DNA of 64,000 bases from an uncultured delta proteobacterium (GCA_963755715.1 CAVWLW010000063.1:1-64000), one strand, 5' to 3'; counted from the first letter of the stretch, positions 42,133 through 52,862 are shown. Numbers and translations: made by a program. The notes: a model not told the origin generated them from the letters alone.

Positions 42133-43190
42133 ATGAAACCGACAATCGAGAGATTTAAACTGATAGTTTTGAGCGGTGTATTCGTTCTCGTCGCTGCCGC
42201 AACGGCGTTCTCCCAGGCGACGTTTTATCAAGGAAAAACCATCACGATCATTCGCGGCAGCGCTCCCGGCGGCGTCGGCGAAATGCGCACAAGGGCGGTG
42301 GCAAACTATCTAAAGAAGCACGTCCCGGGAAATCCGACAGTCATAATCGAGTTCATGGCGGGCGCTGGCGGCACCAAGGCCGCTAACCATCTTTATCGCG
42401 GCGCGCGCGCCGACGGCCTTATCATTGGCAGCGCGCCGAGCGGGATGGTGTCATCTGCGATCCTGGGAGAGGCGGGCGTTCAATACGATCTCGACAAGTT
42501 CATCTATCTCGGCTCGCCGAACAGCGAATCGCATTACGTGTTTTTCACCAATCGAAAACTCGGTTTGGGCAGCATGGAAAAATTGCGCGCTCACTCGGGA
42601 TTGCGGATCGGTGCCCAGACTGTTGGCCACCCGATCTACCATACCGGTCGCCTGTTCGCTTTGATCCTGGGTTTGAAGGATCCAAAGTTTGTCGTCGGTT
42701 ACTCTTCTCCGGAGCTGGATGTGCGCTGATGAGCGGGGAACTCGATGCAGTGCCGGGCGTCGCCAGCAATGTCGTTAAGCAGAACCCTGAGTTTCTGGAC
42801 AAGGGTTTAGTGGATTTCCAGGCCATCGTGGAGATTCCTCGAGGGGACAAGCATCCCCGCTTTGCCCGGCTGCCGGAACTGGATAGCTTCGTCAAGTCGG
42901 ACAAGGAGCGCAAGCTGCTCGAGTTGCACCGCACCTTCAGGCTCGCCGGCTCACCCTTCGTACTGCCCCCCGGCACGCCGAAAGACCGGGCGGACATCTT
43001 GCGCGAGGCAATGCGAAAAATTTACGCGGATCGGGAATTTCTTGCGGAGTATCAGAAGATGACCGGCGAAGAGGCGTCGCCGCTTTTGCCGGACGCCAAC
43101 GACAAGGCGATCAAAGAATTGCCCCGAGATCCTGAGGTGGTTGAATTCTACAAGCTGTTAGGGGGCACTCAACCGCTTCCAATGCGTTGA
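42133..43190 (+). CDS. Tripartite tricarboxylate transporter (TctC/Bug-like) substrate-binding protein (frameshift ~42725)
   Basis: FYQGKTITII.G.APGG, PGNPT.I....GAGG..AAN.LY, PPGTP.DR...LR.A. Confidence 0.85.
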
Positions 43191-43236
43191 AAGTTTGGCG
43201 GGCGAATAGACAAATTCGAATAAAATAGGAGGAGGA

Positions 43237-44312
43237 ATGATCGGCAGCCTGGGAAAAACAGTAGATTATTTTTTCTCGTCGTTTCGTGCCTGGTCGTTTC
43301 GCCGCGGCAGTCGGTCAGCGCGACGGTCGAAGAAACGCTCGCCGCGCTGAATGCCAAGCCGGCGGAAGAGCGGCAAAAAATATTGGTTGAAAACGCCAGG
43401 AAAGAAGGCAGCGTCACCTTCTACGCGGCCACCAATATGCGCGATACGCAGGAAATTGTCGCGGGCTTCAATAAATTCTATCCGTTCGTCAAAGTCGGCA
43501 TCACCAGTCTGGGCGGCCCCGGTGTTTTGAACAAAGTGACGACCGAAGAGCGCGCGGGGGTTGCGCTTGCCGACGTGGTGACCATGACCGGCGGCTATGT
43601 GCCGGAGCTGATTGAAAAGAAAATGTTGGCCAAGTATCGCAGCCCGATGGTGCCGTTTGTGCGAAAGGGCTTCGTCGACGCCGAAGGATACTGGCCGGGC
43701 GTTTACGCGATCGGCTACACGATTATTTACAATAACAAGCGCGTGTTGCAGAAAGATGCGCCCAAGCGATATGAAGATCTGCTGCAACCACGCTGGAAAA
43801 ATAATCTCCTCATGGACGCTGAAGCGCACGACCTGCTCGCTGGGCTGATCGATCTTTGGGGCGAAGCCAAAGCGACTACTTTTCTAAGGCAAATCGCGCA
43901 AGACCAAAAGGTCACACTCTCGCGGCAATCGCACACATTTATGACCCAGTTGGTGGCCACGGGAGAGCACGACGTGATCGTCGACGGCTACGTTCACAAC
44001 GCCGTGGCGCTGAAAGAAAAGGGCGCGCCCATCGATTACGTCGTCATGAACCCGACTATTGTAAGGCCGCCGTCGATCATCGCTATCCTCGCGCGAGCGC
44101 CCCATCCTTATGCTTCCGCTTTATTCCTGGATTACCATTTATCCAAAGAGGCGAGCGAAATCATGGTGAAAAGCCAGGGCCGCTGGGCGCCGCGCAAAGA
44201 TGTGCCGTGGACTGTGGAACCGCAGGGCGATCTGCACGTTGTTCCAGCGTTGCAGTGGGGGCCGAACATGAGAAAGCTGGTGGCGCTGTTTAACAAAAGC
44301 ATCGGTCAGTAA
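43237..44312 (+). CDS. AfuA/FbpA-like solute-binding protein (frameshift in signal region)
   Basis: Strong RBS AGGAGG; ARKEG; APHPYAS.LFLDY.LS; close paralog of 48460-49533. Confidence 0.85.
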
Positions 44313-44335
44313 AACTAAGATTACGGAGGACCAGG

Positions 44336-44833
44336 ATGAAACCGGAAAAAGCAAAACTGGTCGTCGACGGACTCAAGGAGGCGGGAGTGGATTTTACCGC
44401 CGGAGTGCCGGACGCCCAGTTTATTCAAGTTTATAAGATGCTCGAAGAGGATCCCGACATTCGTTACGTCGGAACGGCCAACGAAGCCGAAGCCGCGGGC
44501 GTTGGTTATGGCGCATGGTTCGGCGGGAAAAAGCCGGCCTTGATGTTGGCTACGTCAGGCTTGTTGGTGGCGACCTATCATTTGGCGCGCATCAATATTC
44601 TCCATGAAGTGCCGCTGCTGATCGTGATTCCTTACCGCGGCGATATCGGCGATCCGCGCTGGATGGGACTTTATAAAAAAACCACCGAGCCGGGACTCAA
44701 CGCCATGGACATTCCCTACCGAGTCGTGAGCCGGTCCAGCGACATTGTGCGCACGATCAAGGAGTGCAACGAGAGTGCCCGGGCCTGGCTCAGGTGCATC
44801 GCGGTGATTCTGAATGAGGAGGCATTATGGTAG
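44336..44833 (+). CDS. Sulfopyruvate decarboxylase alpha-like (ComD-like) ThDP pyrimidine-binding subunit, copy 2
   Basis: LKEAGVDF..GVPD, ANEAEAAG...GAW.GGKKP, SGL, YRGD.G. Confidence 0.8.
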   Translation: MKPEKAKLVVDGLKEAGVDFTAGVPDAQFIQVYKMLEEDPDIRYVGTANEAEAAGVGYGAWFGGKKPALMLATSGLLVATYHLARINILHEVPLLIVIPYRGDIGDPRWMGLYKKTTEPGLNAMDIPYRVVSRSSDIVRTIKECNESARAWLRCIAVILNEEALW

Positions 44834-45456
44834 CTCGCTTGGCATTGATAAAAGAATTGGCTTCGATCGTGCCGCAAGAGGTCCTGGTTGTGACGAGTAT
44901 CGGCAACAACAGCTACTTTTGGGCGGAGCTCACCGACAGGGAAGCAACGTTGTTTCATTCCACGCTCGGCATGTGCACTCCCGCGGCGTTCGGGCTGGCG
45001 ATGGCTTTGCCGCGGCGCAAAGTGCTCGCGCTGGATTCCGACGGAAATCTGATCTTGAATCTCGGAGTTCTCGGTACCATCGCCAACGAAAATCCGACCA
45101 ACCTCACCGTCCTGGTAATGGATAATGGCAATTATCTTGGCAGCCATAAAAAAGAACCGGGGATGCGCACCGCAACCGGCGGAAAGATGAAACTGCAAGA
45201 AGTGGCCAAAGGCTGCGGCATCGCGAGCGCGCACTCGATTCAGGACGTCGCGACGTTTCGCGAGAAAATTCAGATGGCGCTCAAAAGCGACGGGCCGCAT
45301 TTTATTTGCGCACAAGTCGAAGCGCTCGATCCTGAGAGACCGCCCAAGACCAAGCACGTGCTCGACCCGCGCGAGAACAAGTATCAATTCGCAAAATACA
45401 TCGAGAGAACCGAAGGGGTGCAGATTCTTGGCGGCGGTTTGGGTAATTTCGGTTGA
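44827..45456 (+). CDS. Sulfopyruvate decarboxylase beta-like (ComE-like) ThDP diphosphate-binding subunit, copy 2
   Basis: LGMCTPAAFGLAMALPRRKVLALDSDGNLILNLG.L.TIA...P.NL...DNGNY. Confidence 0.8.
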   Translation: MVARLALIKELASIVPQEVLVVTSIGNNSYFWAELTDREATLFHSTLGMCTPAAFGLAMALPRRKVLALDSDGNLILNLGVLGTIANENPTNLTVLVMDNGNYLGSHKKEPGMRTATGGKMKLQEVAKGCGIASAHSIQDVATFREKIQMALKSDGPHFICAQVEALDPERPPKTKHVLDPRENKYQFAKYIERTEGVQILGGGLGNFG

Positions 45457-45481
45457 TTGCACTCGTGCGGAGGCGCGCTAG

Positions 45482-46457
45482 ATGAAACGGTTGGCGAAAA
45501 CTCTGATCGTTGCTCTCGCGGTATTCAGTTGTGTCGTCGTCTCTCGCAGCTTTGCCGCGGAATCGAAGAAAATCGTCTTCGCCTATTCTTCCATCGGCTC
45601 CATGGCGACCGGAGTCTGGATGGCGAAGGATAGCGGGGCGTTCGACAAATACGGCATTCCCGCCGATATCATTTTTATTTCTTCCGGTCCGGTCGTGGTG
45701 CAGGCGCTGATCGGCGGCGACCTGCAGGGCGGCAGCGGCGCGAGCAATGCGGTGATCAACGCGGTTCTGAACGGCGCGCCGATCGTTGCCATCGGCGGCA
45801 CGGCCAATCGTCCGTATCATCGGCTGTTCGTGCAGTCGGAGATCAACCGTATAGAGGACCTCAAGGGCAAAATCCTTGGGGTCACGCGGTTCGGCTCGAT
45901 TACGGATAATCTGACGCGCATTCTGCTGCGCAAGTACGGACTCGAGAATAGCGTCAACGTGCGCCAGATGGGCGGCACGCTTGAAGTCGCCGCGGCTTTC
46001 CAAAATCGCCAGATCGCCGGCGCCGTTACCGGCGATCTACGCGTTACGCCACCGAGCCAACCGAAGATTCTCCTGCAGCTCGATCGATCTGGGCATTCCT
46101 TACTCGATGAACATGCTCGCGGTTTCGCGCGAGATGTTGAAGCGCGATCCGGACACGGCCGAGAAAATCGTGCGCGCCTACTCGGAGGGCGTCGCATTCA
46201 TGAACCAGAACAAAGAGCGCGCTCTAAAAATCATCGCGAAATATGCGCATATGACGGACCCCAAGCAGACGGAGGTTCATTATCGCGATTCGGTCACGTA
46301 TTTAGACCGCATCCCCCGCGCCGAGCCGGAAGCGGTGCAAACGATTCTCGAGTTCATGGGCAAAAAGGGTGTCGCGCCGGAGACGTTTCAGGATAATTCG
46401 ATCATCGATAAACTCAACCGCGAGGGATTTTTCGACAAGCTTTATAAGAAATCGTAA
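45482..46457 (+). CDS. NitT/TauT substrate-binding protein (frameshift ~46080)
   Basis: WMAKD.GAF.KYG, EDLKGK.LGVTRFGS; paralog of 47482-48450. Confidence 0.85.
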
Positions 46458-46502
46458 CGGGCCACTACCTACGGCTCGATTCTGCGAGCAGGAGCGCAAA
46501 CA

Positions 46503-47237
46503 ATGACAAGAATCGTCACGCGCGGATTAAAAGAAGAGAAGGACGGCATTCAAGGTTTCATCGCCTACCCGGAGCGCGCCGAGAAAGGCCCCGGTCTTTT
46601 GCTCATTCATCAACATTCGGGCCTGACGGGGTATTTGAAAACCGCTGCTTATAACTTCGCCCAGCTCGGTTATACGACGGTGGTTCCCAATCTCTATCAC
46701 ATGCTCGGCTATCCGGCCGAGACGCATATCGACAAGGGCACGGAGATTCAAAACAAAACGCCGGATCCGGATTTCGTTCGCGTGATCGATCGCGGCTGGC
46801 GCTATTGCCTGTCGCGGAATGACGTCGATGGCTCGCGCGTCGGCGTGGTTGGTTATTGCATGGGTGGGCGGCTGGGAATTCACTTCGTTGCCGCCACGCC
46901 CGCGGCGCGCGCATTTGTCGCGTACTATCCCTCGGTGCGCGACGAACAACCGACGAAGATCCGCCCGCGCCATCCGTGCGACGCGGCGCGGGAAATCAAA
47001 TGCCCTTCCATGATCCTTTACGGCGGCCACGATCAGCACAGCACGTTTCCGGTGCAGCAGCGGGTGATGGAAAGCTTTCACTCGAATGGCCAGTCATTGG
47101 AGTGGCACTATTTTCATTTCGGTTATCATGGTTTCGCTTCCACCGAATCGGACGGCTACCAACCCTATCTCGCCGATCTCGTCTGGCCGTTGGTGACGGA
47201 GTTTTTGGGGCGCGAGTTGATTGGGCCGGCACTTTGA
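46503..47237 (+). CDS. Dienelactone hydrolase family protein
   Basis: Nucleophile GYCMGG; YGG.D; HGF. Confidence 0.9.
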   Translation: MTRIVTRGLKEEKDGIQGFIAYPERAEKGPGLLLIHQHSGLTGYLKTAAYNFAQLGYTTVVPNLYHMLGYPAETHIDKGTEIQNKTPDPDFVRVIDRGWRYCLSRNDVDGSRVGVVGYCMGGRLGIHFVAATPAARAFVAYYPSVRDEQPTKIRPRHPCDAAREIKCPSMILYGGHDQHSTFPVQQRVMESFHSNGQSLEWHYFHFGYHGFASTESDGYQPYLADLVWPLVTEFLGRELIGPAL

Positions 47238-47374
47238 ACTTCGGAGTTTTTTTCTTTGGCGAAATCTGAAGCGCCGTTGCCAAATGCTTGAGCATACCGT
47301 GACTCACTCATAGGCACTCGATCGCGTTGAGATTCGGAAACACACCTGAAGTCACGCTTTTTTTGCAAAAAACG

Positions 47375-47390
47375 GTGGCATGCGAGTTGC
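47375..47390 (+). promoter_or_regulatory. Sigma-54 (-24/-12) promoter
   Basis: TGGCAT-GCGAG-TTGCT matches TGGCAC-N5-TTGCW with exact spacing; preceded by TTTTTTGCAAAAAA tract. Confidence 0.7.
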
Positions 47391-47481
47391 TCGATAAACA
47401 ATCACCGTTTGTCGCCGCACGCCGGAGCCACCTTCGCTGCTGCGTTCAAAAATCAATTCAGCCCATTGGGAGTGTCACGAA

Positions 47482-48450
47482 ATGAAACAGTTCGTACGAT
47501 CTTTGATCGTCTTTCTGCCGTTGATCTGCTTTACATCGGTCGGAGCAGCCGCCGAATTAAGAAAAGTCGTCTTCGGCTATTCAACCATCGGCGCCATGGC
47601 GGCGGGCGCCTGGATGGCCAAAGAGATCGGCGCTTATGAAAAATACGGCATTGATACCGAGCTGATTTATATTTCCTCCGGACCGACCGTAGTACAAGCG
47701 CTGCTCGGCGGCGACGTGACCGGTGGAATTGCCGCGACCAATGCCGTGATTGCCGCGGTGTTGCGCGGCGCGCCGTTGGTTTCTGTCATCAGCACAGCCA
47801 ACCGTCCCTATCACCGCTTCTGGGTGCGGCCGGAAATAGCCCGTATTGAAGATCTCAAGGGGAAAACCGTTGGCGTCACGCGCTTTGGTTCGGTGACCGA
47901 TAACCTGACTCGAATGGTGCTCAAAAAATATGGTTTGGAAAGCACGGTCAATGTGCGCCAGATGGGCGGGTCGGCGGAGGTCGGCGCGGCCTTTCAAAAC
48001 AAACAGATCGCCGGCGCGGTCACTTCGAGTCTGCGCGTCGATGCCACCGTGCAGCCCAGGCTGCTGATGAAACTGGAAGATCTGGGATTTCAATATTCAA
48101 TGGATGTGATCGCCTATTCGCGCGACGATATGAAGCGCGCGCCGCAGGTGGTCGAAGGCATGGTGCGCGCCTACACCGAAGGCGTGGCGGCGATTCATTC
48201 TCAAAAGGAAAAGGCTTATAAGGCGATCGCGAAATACGCGCGCCTTCGCGATCAAAAGAAGATCGATGAGATTTACCAAGATTCCATTCTCTATCTGGAG
48301 AAAACTCCACGGGTAGAGCCGGAGGCCATCAATTCGATTCTGGACTTCATGGGGAAAAAAGGCGTGCCAGTGGAAACCTTTGCCGACAATACGCTTGTCG
48401 ACAAAATGGTGCACGAGGGGTTCATCGATAAGCTCTATAAGAGGCCGTAG
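47482..48450 (+). CDS. NitT/TauT substrate-binding protein
   Basis: Signal peptide; WMAKEIGA.EK.G; GFIDKLY. Confidence 0.88.
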   Translation: MKQFVRSLIVFLPLICFTSVGAAAELRKVVFGYSTIGAMAAGAWMAKEIGAYEKYGIDTELIYISSGPTVVQALLGGDVTGGIAATNAVIAAVLRGAPLVSVISTANRPYHRFWVRPEIARIEDLKGKTVGVTRFGSVTDNLTRMVLKKYGLESTVNVRQMGGSAEVGAAFQNKQIAGAVTSSLRVDATVQPRLLMKLEDLGFQYSMDVIAYSRDDMKRAPQVVEGMVRAYTEGVAAIHSQKEKAYKAIAKYARLRDQKKIDEIYQDSILYLEKTPRVEPEAINSILDFMGKKGVPVETFADNTLVDKMVHEGFIDKLYKRP

Positions 48451-48459
48451 GGAGAGACG

Positions 48460-49533
48460 ATGATTCGGTTACATGGTCGGAAGGCTTGTTTCTGCATCCT
48501 TGCCGTTATTTTTTATCTTGTTGTTCCTCTGACTGCCGCCGCCGCAGTCGAAGATATACTTGCCGAGCTCAATGCAAAATCACCGGAAGAGCGGCAGAAA
48601 GTAATTGTCGAGAACGCAAAAAAAGAAGGCGAGGTAACCCTCTACACGGCGGTCAACATGCGCGACGCCCAAGAGCTGATCGCCGGTTTCAACAAGAGTT
48701 ATCCCGGGATACGAGTAGCAGTTTCAAGCCTGGGCGGACCGGGCGTGCTCAACAAAGTCCTGACGGAGAACCGCGCCAACGCCTATCTCGCTGATGTCGT
48801 GGCGCTCAACGGGATCAGCTCGGTGGAACTGATCGATAAAAAGATTGCGGCTCGATACAAAAGCCCCATGGTCGGTTTTCTGCGCAAGGGTTTCGTCGAT
48901 GCGGAGGGCTACTGGCCCGGCCTCTACGCCATCGGCTACACGATTATTTACAATAACAAACGCGTCTCGCAAAAAGAGGCGCCTAAACGGTACGAAGACT
49001 TGCTCCAACCGCGCTGGAAAAATAATTTGGTCATGGACGCAGAGGACCACGATCTGCTCGCCGGCCTTATCGATCTTTGGGGCGAAGCCAAAGCGACTGG
49101 GTTTTTAAAGCAAATCGCGCAAGACCAAAAGGTCACTTTCTCGCGCCAGTCGCACACATTTATGACCCAGTTGGTGGCCACCGGCGAGCACGACGTGATC
49201 GTCGACGGCTACGTTCATAATGCCGTGGCGTTGAAGGGAAAAAGTGCGCCCATCGATTACGTCATGACCAACCCAACCATCATCCGTCCGCCGACGACCA
49301 TCGCCATCATGGCGCGGGCGCCCCATCCCTACGCCGCCGCTTTGCTCTTGGATTATCATTTGTCCAAACCGGTGAGTGAAATCATGGTGAACAGTCAGGG
49401 CCGCTGGGCGCCGCGCAAAGATGTGCCGTGGGCCGTAGAGCCTCCAGGCGAGTTGCATTCGATCAATATGCTCGAATGGGGGCGAAAATACCGTCAGTTG
49501 GTGGCGCTGTTCAATAAGATGACGAGCCAGTGA
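48460..49533 (+). CDS. AfuA/FbpA-like solute-binding protein
   Basis: AKKEGEV, YEDLLQPRWK, APHPYAA. Confidence 0.88.
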   Translation: MIRLHGRKACFCILAVIFYLVVPLTAAAAVEDILAELNAKSPEERQKVIVENAKKEGEVTLYTAVNMRDAQELIAGFNKSYPGIRVAVSSLGGPGVLNKVLTENRANAYLADVVALNGISSVELIDKKIAARYKSPMVGFLRKGFVDAEGYWPGLYAIGYTIIYNNKRVSQKEAPKRYEDLLQPRWKNNLVMDAEDHDLLAGLIDLWGEAKATGFLKQIAQDQKVTFSRQSHTFMTQLVATGEHDVIVDGYVHNAVALKGKSAPIDYVMTNPTIIRPPTTIAIMARAPHPYAAALLLDYHLSKPVSEIMVNSQGRWAPRKDVPWAVEPPGELHSINMLEWGRKYRQLVALFNKMTSQ

Positions 49534-49688
49534 TGATGCGGATATTCAAAACCTGCGGCGAGCTATAACCCATTCTCGCGAGTTGACATCGTTGGGCTCG
49601 CGCTTTTTTCCGCCGGTTGGCAGGAGACGGCAAATTCGATATATCAACGGCAGGGCGAGCGAATATTTTTGTTTCAGGAGACGCGGCG

Positions 49689-50403
49689 ATGCAAATTGCG
49701 GAATGGAGAAAGACGATCGGTGAGATGGTGCGCGAGCATATGCGCTCGCCGGAGCTGGAGCATTATTTTTCGGTCAAGATGAACAAACCGCGGGCGCAGC
49801 TGATGATCACGCAGCTGGGACTTTACATTCGCCACCGGCGGGATTGTTGGGCGCTGGTGTCGGCCAATTGCCCGGTAATGGCGATCAAGCAAGCGATTTT
49901 GCAACACGAGTACGGCGAAGTGATCAAAGATCAGTTTTCCGATTACGGTCATTTGCACTTGATTATTCGCCAGGCAGCGAAAACTGGGCTTGACCCCGCA
50001 AGAAGTGATCGGCACCAAACCGATCGTCAGCACGACGGCGACGCTTTATGCTTGGGCCTGGCTCACGCACGCCAAGAGCTGGATCGAAGGGTTGTCCGCT
50101 CTGACGGTTACGGAGTGGACCAACGACGACCGGCTACTGAACGATATCGGCGGCGGCCATTCGAGCCGCATGGGCAAACGCTGGACAGAAGACATGGGAA
50201 TTGCCTGGCGCGACATGCCGAATTTCGTCGCGCATTCCCAGGCAGACGAAGAACACAGCGATATGTTTCTGCCATTTTTGGAGGAGTACGCGACGGGTGA
50301 AAAAGAAAAGATGGCGTTGGATGCCGTAAAGGAGTCCCTCGATCTTTTCGCGCTTTACCGTGAAGGTGTGGCGCGCGCAATGGAGAAAATTCCGTTGAAC
50401 TGA
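49689..50403 (+). CDS. Heme-oxygenase-like diiron (CADD/PqqC/TenA-fold) enzyme, paralog 1 (frameshift ~49985)
   Basis: RHRRDCW; HEYGE...GH; TEW; HSQADEEH (H-x3-D-x2-H). Confidence 0.78.
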
Positions 50404-50412
50404 ACCCACAGT

Positions 50413-50496
50413 TGTCATTCCGAGGAGCGCAGCGACGAGGAATCTCGTCCGATGTCAAGAATTCGGTCGAGATCCTTCACTTCGTTCAGGATGACA
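50413..50496. repeat. CGTC-class palindromic repeat pair
   Basis: TGTCATTCCGAGGAGCGCAGCGACGAGGAATCT ... AGATCCTTCACTTCGTTCAGGATGACA. Confidence 0.8.
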
Positions 50497-50575
50497 GCGC
50501 GGAAGAAGTCACGGTAAAAAAATGAGTAGTTGATCGGTCGTATTTTGTGATGACGTAAAAAATTAGGAGGCTAAC

Positions 50576-50914
50576 ATGGAAAAACCAAGAATCAGGCATA
50601 TCGCAATCAACGTCGAAGATCTCGACAAGACCGCAGAGTACTACAAAAAAGTTTTCGGCATGGAAGAAAAACATCGGCGGCCTGGGGGAACTATTTATCT
50701 ATCCGACGGCCATCTCGATCTCGCGCTCATCCATACCGAGAAATATCCGTGGGGAATCCACCACTTTGGTTTCAAGGTCGATAGCGTCAAAGAAATCGAG
50801 AAAATTGCCGACACGAAAGCCGAGGACAACACCTACGGAGCCATTGCGGAAAGTTGGATCAAAGACGCCGAAGGCAACCGCGTCGACGTGTCCGAGCACG
50901 GCTGGCCGATCTAG
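50576..50914 (+). CDS. VOC family protein
   Basis: IRHIAI.V.D......YY..VFG; GIHHFGF.V; DAEGN.VD. Confidence 0.88.
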   Translation: MEKPRIRHIAINVEDLDKTAEYYKKVFGMEEKHRRPGGTIYLSDGHLDLALIHTEKYPWGIHHFGFKVDSVKEIEKIADTKAEDNTYGAIAESWIKDAEGNRVDVSEHGWPI

Positions 50915-51043
50915 CAGCCCTGCTGAAAAAGACTCATATGCTTCGTTGCGCTCGATCGCCTCGCGTCAACGTACTGCCGATGTACGCCTCCGCTCGTCGA
51001 TTTTTCGCGCGCCTCGCCTCTGAGATCTTTTTGAGCAGCCTGC
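50914..51043. mobile_element. MITE with IS-like terminal inverted repeats
   Basis: GCAGCCCTGCTGAAAAAG ... CTTTTTGAGCAGCCTGC; begins at the TAG stop of the VOC gene; ends resemble 32024-32161. Confidence 0.7.
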
Positions 51044-52014
51044 AATCCAAGTTTTTCCGCACCCTAAGAGTCCGATTCCACGCCGCGTTAATTTTGTTCT
51101 TTCTGGTGCTGGTGCATGGGCTTGCAACGGCGCAGAGCCCGCCGAAGGTTAGCGTCGCTTATGCTGCCATTAGCCCCATATTCGCGGGGGTATGGATGGC
51201 GCAGGAGATCGGCGCCTTTGAAAAGCATGGGCTAAAATCGGAATTGGTCTACATAAGCTCCGGAAGCATCACCGTCCAGGCCATGGTCGGTGGCAATTTG
51301 GACATGAGCGTTGCCGCAAGCAACGCTGTGGTGAGCTCGATCTTGCGCGGAGCGCCGCTGGTGGCCGTCGGCAGTATCACCAACCGGCCCGCCATGAGTT
51401 TGTTCGTCCAATCGGAAATCTCCAGACCCGATCAGCTTCAAGGCAAAGCGCTCGCGATCACCCGGCACGGGTCATCGACACATTTTTTAACTCTCTTCGT
51501 CCTCGAAAAGCTCGGTCTGAAAGACAAGGTTAAGATTCAGCCCATGGGCGGCACGAGGGAAGTCGACGCGGCCGTCCGTACCGGCATGGTTGCGGGAGCC
51601 GTGCGCAGCATGAAGCCGGGTCCAAAGACGCACATGCTAGTCGACTTGCCGGATCTAGGAATTCCTTTCTCGATGGATCTCATCGCGGTGAAGCGGGATT
51701 TCTACAAGAACTCGCCGCGCACGGTAGAGGCGATGTTGAAAGCTTACATCGAAGGCGTCGCCGCGCTGAAAACCAGAAAAGAGCTAGCCTACAAAGTTCT
51801 GGGAAAATACCTGCTCGGCGCGAGTGATTCGCTGGACGAGGCCTACGAATACGCCATCAAATATCTCGATCGTCAAGCGAGGATAGATCCGGCGGTGATT
51901 CAAACGGTGCTCAATTGGGAGAACAAAGGCGACACGCCGGTCAATGAGTTTTTCGACAATTCGGCTGTCGATCGGATTATCAAAGAGGGATTCGTCGAGC
52001 GGTTATACAAGTAG
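50938..52014 (+). CDS. NitT/TauT substrate-binding protein (start uncertain; in-frame ATGs lie inside the MITE)
   Basis: YAAISP...WMAQEIGAFEK.G; paralog of 53687-54652. Confidence 0.82.
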   Translation: MLRCARSPRVNVLPMYASARRFFARLASEIFLSSLQSKFFRTLRVRFHAALILFFLVLVHGLATAQSPPKVSVAYAAISPIFAGVWMAQEIGAFEKHGLKSELVYISSGSITVQAMVGGNLDMSVAASNAVVSSILRGAPLVAVGSITNRPAMSLFVQSEISRPDQLQGKALAITRHGSSTHFLTLFVLEKLGLKDKVKIQPMGGTREVDAAVRTGMVAGAVRSMKPGPKTHMLVDLPDLGIPFSMDLIAVKRDFYKNSPRTVEAMLKAYIEGVAALKTRKELAYKVLGKYLLGASDSLDEAYEYAIKYLDRQARIDPAVIQTVLNWENKGDTPVNEFFDNSAVDRIIKEGFVERLYK

Positions 52015-52029
52015 CCGCTGGAGATCGTT

Positions 52030-52737
52030 ATGAAGCGAGCAGAGTGGAGAAAAGAGCTGGGAGAGCTGGTGCGTGACGCGATGCGCTCACCTGAGCTGGA
52101 TCACTATTTCAAAGTGAAAATCACCAAGCCGGGCGCGCAGATCTTGATCACGCAGCTCGGTCTTTTTATTCATCACCGCCGTGACTGTTGGTCGCATGTG
52201 TCGGGCAACTGCCCGCATATGTCGGTGAAACAAAAAATTCTCCAGCATGAATACGGCGAAGTCATCAAGGACAATTACACCGAGCACGGCCACATGGAGC
52301 TGATCGTTCGGCAAGGCAAGGCGCTCGACCTGACTCCTGAGCAGGTGATGAATGTCGAGCCGCTGCCATCGACCATGGCCACGCTTTATGCCTGGGCTTG
52401 GATGACCCGCGAGAAGAGTTGGCTCGAAGGGCTCGCTTCTCTGACAATCACCGAGTGGGCCAACGATGACCGGTTGCTGCACGATGTCGGCGGCGGGCTG
52501 TCGAGCCGCATGGCCAAACGCTGGATGGACGATCTCGGCTTTGGCTGGGAGCAGATGCCGAACTTCAAAGTGCACAGCGAGGCAGACGAAGAGCACAGCG
52601 ACATGTTTCTGGAGGATCTGGAAAAATTCGCCACGGGTGAGAAGGAGACGCAAGTCTACCAAGCAGCGAAGGAATCCATGGACCTGCTGAAAATATTTCG
52701 CGGCGGGATAGCGAAGGAAATGGAGAGATTCGGTTAG
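52030..52737 (+). CDS. Heme-oxygenase-like diiron enzyme, paralog 2
   Basis: HHRRDCW; HEYGE...GH; TEWANDDRLL; HSEADEEH. Confidence 0.8.
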   Translation: MKRAEWRKELGELVRDAMRSPELDHYFKVKITKPGAQILITQLGLFIHHRRDCWSHVSGNCPHMSVKQKILQHEYGEVIKDNYTEHGHMELIVRQGKALDLTPEQVMNVEPLPSTMATLYAWAWMTREKSWLEGLASLTITEWANDDRLLHDVGGGLSSRMAKRWMDDLGFGWEQMPNFKVHSEADEEHSDMFLEDLEKFATGEKETQVYQAAKESMDLLKIFRGGIAKEMERFG

Positions 52738-52782
52738 CGCGGTGATAAGGTGCCGCGTTTTCATCGGAGAAACCCCGCCAAA

Positions 52783-52862
52783 TTTGAAAAAGGGGGTAAG
52801 GGGGATTTGGCGCTGACGATGAAAAAGAAAATCCCCCTTCATCCCCCTTTTTCAAAGGGGGA
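52783..52862. repeat. G/C-tract palindromic repeat
   Basis: TTTGAAAAAGGGGGTAAGGGGGATTT ... AAATCCCCCTTCATCCCCCTTTTTCAAAGGGGG. Confidence 0.8.

Noticed and set aside
33840-45456. Coenzyme M biosynthesis (comC/comDE)
   Set aside because: comA/comB not seen; the context is uptake and catabolism; substrate cannot be assigned from motifs
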